This document shows positions 8,269 through 17,662 of a DNA stretch of 64,000 nucleotides, piece after piece. The stretch comes from Parerythrobacter sp. (GTDB lineage Bacteria; Pseudomonadota; Alphaproteobacteria; Sphingomonadales; Sphingomonadaceae), in contig JANQPE010000110.1 in NCBI GenBank assembly GCA_028289565.1, positions 2,841 to 66,840 of the forward strand. Direction: 5' to 3'. Made by a program: the position numbers and the translations under genes. How positions within the stretch are numbered: position 1 is the stretch's first letter; each line of letters starts with the position of its first letter. The notes beneath the pieces were generated by a model. That model had not been told where the DNA came from, did not search any database, and saw only the letters and a list, made by a program, of their open reading frames with translations.

Positions 8269-8498
8269 TGGCTGAAGAAATCCGTGTACCCAAGCTAGGG
8301 ATGAGTGCGACTGAAGTTGTCCTTGCCGAATGGATGTTTGGCGAAGGCGAAGTGGTCAACAAGGGCGACGTTATCTACACCGCTGAAACCGACAAGACGA
8401 CCGTCGAGATAGAGGCACAAGCCTCAGGCGTGATCCATCCGACCGGTGAAGAGGGCGCGACATATAAAGTCGGCGACCTTATCGGCACGATTGCATAG
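8268..8498 (+). CDS. Free-standing lipoyl-attachment domain protein (E2-type lipoyl domain only)
   Basis: 76 aa. It shows the biotin/lipoyl fold pattern with the lipoyl-lysine motif AETDKTTVEIEA. A TAATG overlap joins it to the E1beta stop. No peripheral-subunit-binding or acyltransferase domain follows. Confidence 0.75.
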   Translation: MAEEIRVPKLGMSATEVVLAEWMFGEGEVVNKGDVIYTAETDKTTVEIEAQASGVIHPTGEEGATYKVGDLIGTIA

Positions 8499-8507
8499 GA
8501 AAAAGAA

Positions 8508-8894
8508 TTGGCGACTCCGCGCGAATTGCTCTCCGCCGTATATGCAGCAGCGGGCGAAGGCGATTGGGACAGGGTGGAGGCGCTCCTGCATCCCGATTTC
8601 GTGCTTTACGAAGCCCAACATCTTCCATTTGGCGGTGAATGGCGTGGCAGGGACGCTCTGCAACGTTGTGCCGCCGCCATGCATGGCACATGGGCCGAGG
8701 CAAAGGTCGACGTCCACGATATCACAGGTAGCGATAGTTGGGCTGTGGTGGTGCTGACGCTTACCATGACGCCCAAGGATGGCGGTGAGCCCTTCAGCCA
8801 GACCGTGTGCGAAGCTGGCATTTTCGAAGACGATTTGTTGAAAGAGCTGCGGATTCACTATTTTGATGCCGCGGAAGTAACAGAACGAGCATAA
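8508..8894 (+). CDS. NTF2/SnoaL-like fold protein
   Basis: 128 aa with a TTG start. Its size and pattern (AAGEGDWDRVEALLHPDFVLYE...) fit SnoaL-like polyketide-cyclase-fold proteins. Its stop overlaps the next ATG (TAATG at 8892-8896). Confidence 0.55.
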   Translation: MATPRELLSAVYAAAGEGDWDRVEALLHPDFVLYEAQHLPFGGEWRGRDALQRCAAAMHGTWAEAKVDVHDITGSDSWAVVVLTLTMTPKDGGEPFSQTVCEAGIFEDDLLKELRIHYFDAAEVTERA

Positions 8895-9820
8895 TGGGAA
8901 CGGCAATCGAAAAGGTTTGCGTGCTTGGTGCGCCCGCGGATCAGGGGCAGCCGCTGGTACGGGAGCTATTGGAACAGGGCTTCGAGGTTACGGCTGGAGT
9001 ACGACGCATGGACGCGATGGAAGGGACACCGTTCGCCGATCTTCCCACGGTTCATGCGGATATCACGGATGCAAATGTGATGGCTGCTGCATTCGCCGGG
9101 CAGGATGCCGCGGCTTTCCACCTTCCATTCGAATTTGACCGACAAAAAGCGGCCGGCTTCGGGAAGGCAATAGCCGAAGGTGCGAAACGCGCGGATCTGA
9201 AAAAGATTGTATTCAACACTGCTTGTTTTGTCGCCGATCGGGACCTTGATCTTTCCGCGCATGACGGACGGCGTGATATCGAGCGGGCTCTCGCACAAAC
9301 GGGCATTCCCTGCGTTTTCATCGAACCGACTGTTTTCATGGATAACCAGTACCGTATCTGGACCCGACCATTGATCGTCCGCGAAGGGATTTTCGCTTAT
9401 CCGGCGAAACCCGACCTCAAGATCAGTTGGGTATGTCTTGAAGATGTTGCGCAAGCCATGGTCAGGGCGCTGCAGACGGATGCCGTCGATGGCCAGCATG
9501 TGCCGTTGGGCGGACCGCAGGCGCTAACCGGCTATGAAGTGGCGGAAAACCTTTCAATCGCGCTTAGCAAGCCCATGCGCTTTGAAAGTCTCGCGCCTGC
9601 GGAATTCGCAGCACGAATGAGCGAGCTTGTCACTGGATCGCGCGAAGTCCGGCCGTTGAGCCTCTATGATGGCATGGCCAAATTTTATACCTGGTACAAC
9701 ACGCAGGCCCAATCCCCGCTGGTGGTTGATCCTCAAAACGCACGTGAACTGTTAGGCATGAAACATACCGCCCATCTCGACTGGGCCCGATCGAAAGACT
9801 GGATGGAAGGCCTGGGTTAG
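8894..9820 (+). CDS. NmrA-like NAD(P)-binding atypical SDR
   Basis: 308 aa. It has an N-terminal Rossmann segment KVCVLGAPADQGQPLVRELLEQGFEV (degenerate GxxGxxG) and NmrA/isoflavone-reductase-like length and layout. Confidence 0.7.
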   Translation: MGTAIEKVCVLGAPADQGQPLVRELLEQGFEVTAGVRRMDAMEGTPFADLPTVHADITDANVMAAAFAGQDAAAFHLPFEFDRQKAAGFGKAIAEGAKRADLKKIVFNTACFVADRDLDLSAHDGRRDIERALAQTGIPCVFIEPTVFMDNQYRIWTRPLIVREGIFAYPAKPDLKISWVCLEDVAQAMVRALQTDAVDGQHVPLGGPQALTGYEVAENLSIALSKPMRFESLAPAEFAARMSELVTGSREVRPLSLYDGMAKFYTWYNTQAQSPLVVDPQNARELLGMKHTAHLDWARSKDWMEGLG

Positions 9821-9830
9821 AAGGTTTGCT

Positions 9831-11240
9831 CTAACCCGGTAGCTCACCGTCGATATATTTGCGCAGTGTCGTTTGGAAATGGCGCACGCGGCTATCCTGA
9901 TAGGCACCGAGTTCCATCAGACCACCTTTCATCGTCTTCATGCCGGTTTGGACATGCGGCAGATTACCCATGTCCTGATCGAACACGCCGGCAAGCGCCT
10001 CGCCCATCTTATCCTTGGCCCAGGCAAAAGGTTCATCGTCAGGGATATAGGTGCGTTCGACCGCGCGCGGACGCTTTTCCCCTTCAGGTGTTGGAAACAG
10101 AAGTCGGATTTCCATCACACACCAGTCTGGCGTGTCACCGGGCAACCAGCGATAGACCAGCGTTGGCAGGTATCCGATCCAGGGGCTGAAATTGGGGAAA
10201 ATATTATAGGTGAAATTGTCTAGAATCTCGGCGTCGGACGCCTCGGAATAATCACGCCCATATTGCTCGGTGAAGCCCTGGCGGCCAGCCTCCGCGAGCA
10301 CTTTGCGCGCCATCAGCGGGTCGTCTTCGTTAAAGCTCGCGCCAGCTTCGCTTGCGGCAAACCGGCGGTTGGTTTCCGCATCGCTGCCGCCGGAAAATTC
10401 ATTCATCTTTTTGAGAACATAGTGCTGGTCCTTGCCTGCGAGATGGGGAGAAAGAACGCCTGACGGGGTGATGGCGCGATTGAAATGATCGCCAATATGG
10501 TCGTAGCGGCTGTTTGCATCACCCAGGAATGGCAGCAATTGCGGATGCGTGGTGATCGAATGCCATGCCTCCATGAAGGCTTCCGCTGTTGTCTTCCAAT
10601 TGGCCGGTATTCGCTTGGCAACCCACATGCCGGTATAGCGATTTTCAAAATCGTATCTCTCGTAGTGACTTGCCGCTGGTCCCAGCCAGGTCTTGAAATC
10701 GGGCAGGTCGTGATTTTCGGTTATCATCACAAAGCCCTGCCACAGCTCGACACGAGCTTCGGGCAAGCTAATATCCTTGCCTTCGAGATGCTTGAAATCC
10801 CAGTCGCAGGGTATTTCTTTCAAACTGCCATCCGTTTTCCAGGTAAAGCCATGGAAAGGGCAGCGAAACTGGGCTGCCGTGCCTGACTTGGTGCGTAACT
10901 TTCGACCGCGATGGAGGCAGGCATTGTAGAATGCACGAACGCTCCCGTCATCTTGACGCGTAATGAGGAAGCTCTTGTCGTTTATTTCAAAGACAACCGT
11001 ATCGCCCGGGTCAGGCAATTCATCCTCGCGGGCGCCGAACAGCCAGACATTGGGCCACATCTTTTCGCGCTCGAGCCGGGCAAATTCTTCGCTGATATAG
11101 GGATCTACCGGAAGCGGGTCGTTGGACATTTCGACCGTAGTTTCTTCGAACAGGTAATCTGGCGGAGTGCGCGTATCCCCGTCCAGCATTTCGGTGTAAC
11201 TCATTGCGGGGCAACGATCCTGATTCTTGGCTTCGTTCAT
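9831..11240 (-). CDS. Rieske [2Fe-2S] non-heme-iron oxygenase, alpha (catalytic) subunit
   Basis: Rieske motif CLHRGRKL...CPFHGFTW and mononuclear-iron motif EAWHSITTH. I moved the start from the track's 11294 to ATG 11240 (MNEAKNQ...), behind GAGGAGAG. The start is uncertain. Confidence 0.85.
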   Translation of the reverse strand: MNEAKNQDRCPAMSYTEMLDGDTRTPPDYLFEETTVEMSNDPLPVDPYISEEFARLEREKMWPNVWLFGAREDELPDPGDTVVFEINDKSFLITRQDDGSVRAFYNACLHRGRKLRTKSGTAAQFRCPFHGFTWKTDGSLKEIPCDWDFKHLEGKDISLPEARVELWQGFVMITENHDLPDFKTWLGPAASHYERYDFENRYTGMWVAKRIPANWKTTAEAFMEAWHSITTHPQLLPFLGDANSRYDHIGDHFNRAITPSGVLSPHLAGKDQHYVLKKMNEFSGGSDAETNRRFAASEAGASFNEDDPLMARKVLAEAGRQGFTEQYGRDYSEASDAEILDNFTYNIFPNFSPWIGYLPTLVYRWLPGDTPDWCVMEIRLLFPTPEGEKRPRAVERTYIPDDEPFAWAKDKMGEALAGVFDQDMGNLPHVQTGMKTMKGGLMELGAYQDSRVRHFQTTLRKYIDGELPG

Positions 11241-11341
11241 TTGTCCGGTCTCTCCTCGCAAATTGCGCAGTGTTCGCTTGTCTTCGTATCGCACATGCTC
11301 TGCCCGCTAGTATCCTAGCGGATTGGAGAGGAGATTGAAGC

Positions 11342-11875
11342 ATGTCTCGAAGTGGATTCGTCGCCGACTTGGGCGAGGTGATGCAATTGGCCTTCGTTCC
11401 GAGTGATTTCGATGCCGCGTTACAGCATTGGACCGAAGTGATGGGGGTGGGCCCGTTCTTTATGATCGAGAACATCCATCTGGATGGAATGAAATATCGC
11501 GGTCTTGAAACCGATGCGATATTCACGCTCGCTCTCGCTTATTGGGGAGATGTGCAGATTGAACTGATCCGCGCGGAGAACGATGCACCGTCAATCTATT
11601 CGGGCGAATATGCGGCAACCGAGGGGCTGCATCATGTTTGCATTCTGGTCGATGACATCGCTCTGGCCCGGGAAGTTTGTGCCAACAGAGGGGCCGAAGT
11701 CGTTCTTGAAGGGAAATTCGGTGCTAGCGAGGTGATCTATGTCGATCCGGGGCTAGGCAGGGGGCATCTGGTCGAGCTTCTTCAGCAGGACAAGTCAGGT
11801 CCCGATCTGTTTGGCATAATCAAAGCCGCCAGCGAAGGTTGGGATGGCAACGATCCGGTGAGGAGGTTTGGATAA
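11342..11875 (+). CDS. VOC (glyoxalase/bleomycin-resistance/extradiol-dioxygenase) family protein
   Basis: 177 aa. It has a two-module VOC pattern (VMQLAFVPSDFDAALQHW...; GLHHVCILVDDIALAREV...). Confidence 0.65.
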   Translation: MSRSGFVADLGEVMQLAFVPSDFDAALQHWTEVMGVGPFFMIENIHLDGMKYRGLETDAIFTLALAYWGDVQIELIRAENDAPSIYSGEYAATEGLHHVCILVDDIALAREVCANRGAEVVLEGKFGASEVIYVDPGLGRGHLVELLQQDKSGPDLFGIIKAASEGWDGNDPVRRFG

Positions 11876-11887
11876 TGGTCCAGGCAG

Positions 11888-12697
11888 TCAATCGCTGGCA
11901 CCCAAATATCCAAGCTGGCCTGCCTTGAATATCGTTTGTGCACGGTTGACCGAATCCAGTTTTTCGCCTGAGCGATGGATGTGATAACGGATTGTCGCAT
12001 GGCTGCGATTAAGAATCATGCCGATTTCTCTATCGGTTTTGCCAATCGCGGCCCAGCGCAGGCATTCGACTTCGCGCTTCGATAACACACAATCCGAGGG
12101 AATCCGGCGCTTGGTCCGTATCGCCTGGACATAGCCAGCGATGAAGCGGCGCGTAATTTGAGAGAAGAAAGAGCCAAACGCGGCAAATTCCTCCGATAAA
12201 TCCTCTTTTTCACGATCCAGGCTAACGAAACTGTTGGCGGAGATTTGGCCAAAAGGCAGGTGGACCGGAATCACGATAGCTGCCTTGCAGAGCGATCTTT
12301 TCTTGAAATGGGTCAGGTCGATCTCCTGCAGGTACGAATTCGGCCAGCGCGTGTGAAATCCGTACTCGTTTACCCAGAATGGCTCGCTCTCATATCGGCA
12401 GGCGCGAGGGAGCGGTGAGTGCAAGGCCAGGCGGTGATCCTCCCACCAGCGTGAGCCGTCTTCCAACCAGTTGAAGATATCTGCGTTGAGAATCGTTCCT
12501 TCCGCATCGACCATCGGCTCTTTCGAGGAAATGTCTTCGCAAGTGGCAATTTGCATCCCGCGTTCTTGCGCAATACGCGCCATCACCACGGCCGCATCAT
12601 GAATATCGTCGACGCAGTGGATGGTGACCCGGTCAAGCAGCTGATCCAACTCTTCCCGCCCTTGCGGCGTACGTAGCTCAACGACATTGGCTGCCAT
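11888..12697 (-). CDS. LuxR-family transcriptional regulator, quorum-sensing-type architecture (ligand-binding N-domain plus C-terminal HTH)
   Basis: 269 aa. The C-terminal LSKREVECLRWAAIGKTDREIGMILNRSHATIRYHIHRSGEKL matches the TraR/LasR-type HTH_LuxR region. The N-terminal ~190 aa have W-rich segments (RWWEDH...EPFWVNEYGF). Confidence 0.8.
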   Translation of the reverse strand: MAANVVELRTPQGREELDQLLDRVTIHCVDDIHDAAVVMARIAQERGMQIATCEDISSKEPMVDAEGTILNADIFNWLEDGSRWWEDHRLALHSPLPRACRYESEPFWVNEYGFHTRWPNSYLQEIDLTHFKKRSLCKAAIVIPVHLPFGQISANSFVSLDREKEDLSEEFAAFGSFFSQITRRFIAGYVQAIRTKRRIPSDCVLSKREVECLRWAAIGKTDREIGMILNRSHATIRYHIHRSGEKLDSVNRAQTIFKAGQLGYLGASD

Positions 12698-12832
12698 GGA
12701 TCAATGCTCTCCTCTTTTCGAATCGCACAATATTCTATCAGAATTGCTAGCGAAGCGCCTCTCAATTTTGCGTAGGCGCGTTTCATGGGTGGAGATTCGT
12801 GAACAGGGCTTGGTGGAAGGTCGCAGACCGAG

Positions 12833-13729
12833 TTAGCCGCGCTCGGCCTTGTCCTTTTGGTTGGTCGCCTCGATCATATCGCGCATCCGTGTCCACTCTT
12901 CATCGCCAAGCGCCTGCAATGTTGCCCAGAAAGTCCCACCGGAGGCTTGATAGCCAGCGCCATCGATGGCGATGGTTTGTCCATTCACATATTCAGCACC
13001 CGGCCCCATCAGGAAGACGGCCAGATTGGCCAGCTCGTGCATCTCGCCATGTCGATTCATTGGATGCGCTTCCATCCTTGAATTCGCACCCTGACCATCT
13101 GGGGATAGGCGTGCACTCATCCCCTTGGTCGGGAAAAGGCCGGGGGCAATGGCGTTGAAGCGCATGTTGTAGCGACCCCATTCAACCGCCAGACTCTGCG
13201 TCATCGCGTTAATAGCGCTCTTGGACATGGCAGAAGGCACGACAAATGCCGATCCATTCCATACCCAGGTGGTTAGGATCGAGAGGAAATTGCATCTGCC
13301 CTTTTCCGCGATAATGCGCGTGCCGACATTGTGTGTGACATAAAAAGTTCCGCGAAACACGATATCCGCGATTGCATTGAAACCGTTGATCGACAAATCT
13401 TCTGTTCGGCTGATGAAGTTGCCCGCAGCGTTGTTGACTACGCCTGTCAAAGCTCCGCCGTCGGCCCAGATCGCATCGATCATGGCATTGATCGCCTCCG
13501 CGCTGCGGATATCACATGCATGAGCGACTACCTTGCCGCCATGAGCCTCCATCAACTCAGCGGCAGTTTCGTCCAGCTTTCCCTGCCTTCGACCGCAAAT
13601 ATAGACTGTGGCGCCCAGCTTGATGAAGGCCTCTGCCATTTCACGGCCAAGACCGGTGCCACCGCCCGTGACCAAGATGCGCTCACCTCGGAGAATGTCG
13701 TCGCGAAACATCAGTTGGGTAACGTCCAT
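12833..13729 (-). CDS. SDR of the 2,4-dienoyl-CoA-reductase-like subgroup
   Basis: VTGGGTGLGREMA Gly motif. PSAMSKSAINAM...YNMRFNAIAPGLFPT resembles the DECR-type active-site region, which lacks the classical YxxxK. I moved the start to ATG 13729, behind AGGAGGG. Confidence 0.8.
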   Translation of the reverse strand: MDVTQLMFRDDILRGERILVTGGGTGLGREMAEAFIKLGATVYICGRRQGKLDETAAELMEAHGGKVVAHACDIRSAEAINAMIDAIWADGGALTGVVNNAAGNFISRTEDLSINGFNAIADIVFRGTFYVTHNVGTRIIAEKGRCNFLSILTTWVWNGSAFVVPSAMSKSAINAMTQSLAVEWGRYNMRFNAIAPGLFPTKGMSARLSPDGQGANSRMEAHPMNRHGEMHELANLAVFLMGPGAEYVNGQTIAIDGAGYQASGGTFWATLQALGDEEWTRMRDMIEATNQKDKAERG

Positions 13730-13757
13730 CACTATCCCTCCTGCGAGAATTGTGTGG

Positions 13758-14966
13758 TCAGAGACCCAAGACTGTCTTGGCGATAATGTTCTTTTGCACT
13801 TCGTCCGAGCCGCCAAAAATCGTTGCCGCACGATTATTCAAATACCTGCCCATCGCGGTTTGCGCAGCTTGGCTGCCAACAGGCTCGGGCGCTTCGTTGC
13901 CGTATAATGGCCGCTCCATGGGCAATTGCAGTGCGTCGAACCCCAACAGTTCGAGCCGCAGTGTGTCAACTTGTTGACCAATGTTCGACCCCAGCATCTT
14001 GACGAGCGATGTCTGCGGGCCGGGTTGGCGTCCTTTGGCGAGGTCAGCCAGAATCCTGAGTTCTGTAAATTCAAGCGCCTCGGCATCCAGCTTTACGCGT
14101 GCGAGCTTGTCTCTGAAACGCGGGTCATGCGCCACGGCTCCATTCACGCCCGATGGCTGCTCTTTCGCTGCACTCTCCAACCATTCGATGTTTTTGAGCA
14201 ACCGTGGGGCGAAGCAGGAACCGCCCCTTTCGTTTTCGAGCAGGAACTTGGCGATAGTCCAGCCCTGGCCTTCTTCCCCGATGCGATTGTCAACTGACGA
14301 CACCGCATCGGAAAAGAACACCTGATTGACCTCATGGTCGCCTGACATGGAGAGGGTGGGTGTGACTTCCACCTCGTCCTGATCCATCGGGATCAGCAGG
14401 AATGTGATGCCTTGCTGCTTTTTGACACTGGCATCGGTGCGGACCAGCGCGAAGATCCAATTCGCATGGTGCGCGTGGGTCGTCCACATCTTTGATCCAT
14501 TGACCACATATCTGTCACCATCGAGCCGGGCCGATGTCTTGAGCGATGCAAGGTCTGAGCCAGAGCCGGGCTCGGAATAACCTTGGCACCAATAATCTTC
14601 GCCGGAGAGAATGCGCGGGAGAAAACGGGCCTTTTGTTCTGGTGTCCCGAATTTGCAGATCACCGGCCCGACCAGCCGCAATCCCAAAATGGATAGGGCA
14701 GGCGCGCCTGCAAGCGCCAATTCCTTTTCAAAGATGAATTTCTGTGTGGGAGTCCAGCCAGTGCCCCCATCTTCCACGGGCCAATGATAGGCTACCCAGC
14801 CTTTTTCATTGAGTATTCGGTGCCATTCAAGTCCTATGTCGGGTTCGACGAACACGCCTGGCGTGCGCTTCGCGCCATCGCGTAGCCTGTCTGGAAGATT
14901 GGCTCTCAGAAACTTACGAACTTCCTCTCTGAAGGCAAGATCTTCTTTCGAAAATTGCAGATCCAT
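13758..14966 (-). CDS. Acyl-CoA dehydrogenase family protein
   Basis: ACAD N/M/C layout with WCQGYSEPGSGSDLASL and a C-terminal IFGGSDEVQKNIIA segment. I moved the start to ATG 14966 (MDLQFSKEDLAFREEV). Confidence 0.88.
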   Translation of the reverse strand: MDLQFSKEDLAFREEVRKFLRANLPDRLRDGAKRTPGVFVEPDIGLEWHRILNEKGWVAYHWPVEDGGTGWTPTQKFIFEKELALAGAPALSILGLRLVGPVICKFGTPEQKARFLPRILSGEDYWCQGYSEPGSGSDLASLKTSARLDGDRYVVNGSKMWTTHAHHANWIFALVRTDASVKKQQGITFLLIPMDQDEVEVTPTLSMSGDHEVNQVFFSDAVSSVDNRIGEEGQGWTIAKFLLENERGGSCFAPRLLKNIEWLESAAKEQPSGVNGAVAHDPRFRDKLARVKLDAEALEFTELRILADLAKGRQPGPQTSLVKMLGSNIGQQVDTLRLELLGFDALQLPMERPLYGNEAPEPVGSQAAQTAMGRYLNNRAATIFGGSDEVQKNIIAKTVLGL

Positions 14967-14970
14967 TACC

Positions 14971-15726
14971 TCAGTTTCCCTCCCGCATTGCCCAGACAAT
15001 CGAGCGTCTCAGCAAGTCGTAATAGACATCATAGTTCCAGGCGCACATTTCCTTATGCGGATAGAAGTCGGCCATACCAGGTAAATCATAATGACCACGA
15101 CAATGACCAAGGGTGTTATAGACAATCCGACCCTCGCCAATGTCGCGTGTGTATAGGATAGGAACAGTGGTTCTATCCCATTTATCAGCAACGAAACCTG
15201 TTGCCTCGCCTTCAAATGTAGTCTGCATCAAGGTGTCAATCTTCGCAGTGATATTTGAAAGATAAAGCTCATCGACTATCTCGAAATTGTCGATGCCCTC
15301 GGTCAGTTCGTGATCTCGGCTCACGACTTCGACCTCAAACGGGCCGATCGGTGGGTGCGCCTTGAACTGCGTGCCGAGCATTTCCATCACATCTGGTCGA
15401 TCGTCGGGTGCATCGACCAGACCGCTTTCGGTGAAAACCAGAATGGAATTGGTGCCATGTAGCGCCAGCCATTTCCCACCGCCTTCGAGCCAGCTTCGTA
15501 ATTGTTGTGCTTGCTCCGCACTGGGCATCAGGTCGCAAGTATAGGTGATAAGAAAACGACAATCGTCGAGCCTTTCGAGGCCCGAATAATCGCAAGCCAC
15601 CGTGGTACGGATATGCGGATGCTCACCCAGCATCTTGAGCACTTCGAGCCGCGGATAATCTATGTCATGATATTTGCCCGCGGCGATGAAATGCGCATCG
15701 ATCCGTTTCGCTGGTTGTTTGCCCAT
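14971..15726 (-). CDS. ThuA-like (class-I glutamine-amidotransferase-like fold) protein, paralog 1
   Basis: ThuA-family signature blocks: GGKWLALHGTNS, FKAHPP, HELTEGI..F.IVDELY, GRIVYNTLGH, RRSIVWAM. I moved the start to ATG 15726 (MGKQPAKR), 4 nt after the upstream SDR stop. Confidence 0.7.
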   Translation of the reverse strand: MGKQPAKRIDAHFIAAGKYHDIDYPRLEVLKMLGEHPHIRTTVACDYSGLERLDDCRFLITYTCDLMPSAEQAQQLRSWLEGGGKWLALHGTNSILVFTESGLVDAPDDRPDVMEMLGTQFKAHPPIGPFEVEVVSRDHELTEGIDNFEIVDELYLSNITAKIDTLMQTTFEGEATGFVADKWDRTTVPILYTRDIGEGRIVYNTLGHCRGHYDLPGMADFYPHKEMCAWNYDVYYDLLRRSIVWAMREGN

Positions 15727-15730
15727 CTGA

Positions 15731-16501
15731 CTAGCTCCTGATCGATCCGCCGCCGTCGACCACAAAGTCGCATCCCGTGGTGAAACTGGCTTCATCGCTG
15801 GCCAGGAACACGACCGCACGCGCCACCTCTTCAGGCTCGCCAATGCGGTTCATTGGGTGCGTGGCCGCAAAATCCCGCTCGATATTCTCCGGTTCGTCCA
15901 TGCCTGAATATTTATAGCGATCATACATGGGGGTACGGATCGCGCCAGGATGAACCATGTTGGCGCGAATCGGCACGCCACGCTCTGCGCAGTCGAGGGC
16001 GATTGACCGTGTGAGGCCCAACAACCCGGCCTTCGAAGCACTGTAGGCGGCGACAAAGGCAGCCGCGCGAATTGCTATCATCGATCCGATGTTGACGATG
16101 GCACCCGGCTCTCCGCTTGCTTCCATTTCTGGGAGCGCAGCACGGCAGCCATAGAACGGGCCGTTGAGATTGATGTCGATGGTCCGTCCCCATGTGTCGA
16201 GCGATCCATCGACGACATTGCCAGGTTCCGAGATTCCCGCAATGTTGCAAAGCACGGTAAGCTTGCCAAAGCGCTCGACTGTCGCATTGACAGCCTTCTG
16301 CCATTGGCCAAGGTCGCGCACATCCAGTTCGAAGGCAGCGGCTTTCTCACCCAATTCCTCGGCCAGGGCATTGGCTTTGTCGAGTTGCACATCGCATAGC
16401 ATCACGCTGCCACCCTCGGCCACGATCAACCGGCCAACCGCCGCGCCGATGCCCTCGGCACCGCCCGTGACGAGGGCAACCTTGCCGCTCATGCGCCCCA
16501 T
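15731..16501 (-). CDS. Classical SDR (3-hydroxyacyl-CoA / hydroxysteroid dehydrogenase-like)
   Basis: 256 aa with TGGAEGIGAA, NIAG, the YSASK catalytic motif and HPGAIRTPM. AGGAGA lies 8 nt upstream of ATG 16501. Confidence 0.9.
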   Translation of the reverse strand: MGRMSGKVALVTGGAEGIGAAVGRLIVAEGGSVMLCDVQLDKANALAEELGEKAAAFELDVRDLGQWQKAVNATVERFGKLTVLCNIAGISEPGNVVDGSLDTWGRTIDINLNGPFYGCRAALPEMEASGEPGAIVNIGSMIAIRAAAFVAAYSASKAGLLGLTRSIALDCAERGVPIRANMVHPGAIRTPMYDRYKYSGMDEPENIERDFAATHPMNRIGEPEEVARAVVFLASDEASFTTGCDFVVDGGGSIRS

Positions 16502-16513
16502 CGACTGCTTCTC

Positions 16514-17662
16514 CTATCTTTCAAGAATGGCCACTGCGGAAAGGCCCGGCGCGCCATAAACATGGCTATAGCCCAGCTTGGGTGATCCCGGCACCTGCCG
16601 TTCGCCGGCGCGGCCACGCAATTGCTGCGTGTTTTCATAGATTTGCCTCAGGCCCGATGCACCGATTGGCTCGCCACAGGCAAGGCATCCCCCATCGGTG
16701 TTGATCGGCAGCTTGCCCCCGATTTCGCTCCAGCCTTGATCGAGCCATTCTTCCTGCTCGCCATCCTTGCAGAAGCCGTTTTCGGCCATATGCATAATCT
16801 CGGCGCCGCTTTCGGTGTCCTGCAATTGCGCTACATCGATATCTTGCGGACTGACACCAGCACCTTCGAATGCTGCTTGGGATGCAAGCACGGTTGGCTT
16901 GCCACCTTCCCTTATGCTTACGCCGGCCTGAAAAACCTCGAAACTGTCGGGCGGACGTGTCTTGACCGCAATCTTGGCAATGCGAACACCGTTAGCACCC
17001 AATTCACGCATCTTCTTTTCGCTGGCAAGGATCAAGGCCACGCCGCCTTCGGATGGCGAACAGAACATATATTTGGTCAGCGGATCGTTGATCATGGGGG
17101 CATTCATGATCGTATCGAGGTCAACCGGGCTTCGTCGCCACGCATGCGGTGTGACAGTGCCGTTGCGAAAGGCTTTCTCCGCCACACGGCCCAGTGCTTT
17201 GCGGCTGATTCCGTGCAACTGCATGTAACGCTGGATTTTGAGCGCAAAGAATTGCGTCGTAAGCATCATGCCGGTTTGCCCATACCATTCGGGCAAGCCA
17301 TAAGTGCTGGGCCGAGCGTTAAAGGCACCACGCGGATGCTTGTCGAAACCTACAGCGAGTGCGAGGTCATACATGCCGCTGGCAACTGCCATTTGCGCAG
17401 AGGCAAGCGCGCTGCCACCAGTGGCGCAGCCATTTGCAACATTAGTGAAGGGCAGGCTGGTAAGGCCCAACTCATTGACCATTATGTCGGCACTGCCTGC
17501 CGCTGCGGAACCGCCATAAGCGTATTCAATGTCGGGCCAATCGAGTCCGGCATCCTTCAAGGCTTCGCGAACCGCATAAACCCCCTGTTCGCGGCCCGAG
17601 CGGCCCTCAGTCCGTCCAAACGGATGAATGCCGGCACCGATGATATAGACATTTTCGCTCAT
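16514..17662 (-). CDS. Thiolase-fold protein of the SCP-x / lipid-transfer (Ltp) type
   Basis: MSENVYIIGAGIHPFGR..., the NVANGCATGGSAL active-site Cys region and a C-terminal GGCLACGEPIGASGLRQ segment. The ATG 17662 start overlaps the upstream DUF35 stop (ATGA). Confidence 0.85.
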   Translation of the reverse strand: MSENVYIIGAGIHPFGRTEGRSGREQGVYAVREALKDAGLDWPDIEYAYGGSAAAGSADIMVNELGLTSLPFTNVANGCATGGSALASAQMAVASGMYDLALAVGFDKHPRGAFNARPSTYGLPEWYGQTGMMLTTQFFALKIQRYMQLHGISRKALGRVAEKAFRNGTVTPHAWRRSPVDLDTIMNAPMINDPLTKYMFCSPSEGGVALILASEKKMRELGANGVRIAKIAVKTRPPDSFEVFQAGVSIREGGKPTVLASQAAFEGAGVSPQDIDVAQLQDTESGAEIMHMAENGFCKDGEQEEWLDQGWSEIGGKLPINTDGGCLACGEPIGASGLRQIYENTQQLRGRAGERQVPGSPKLGYSHVYGAPGLSAVAILER

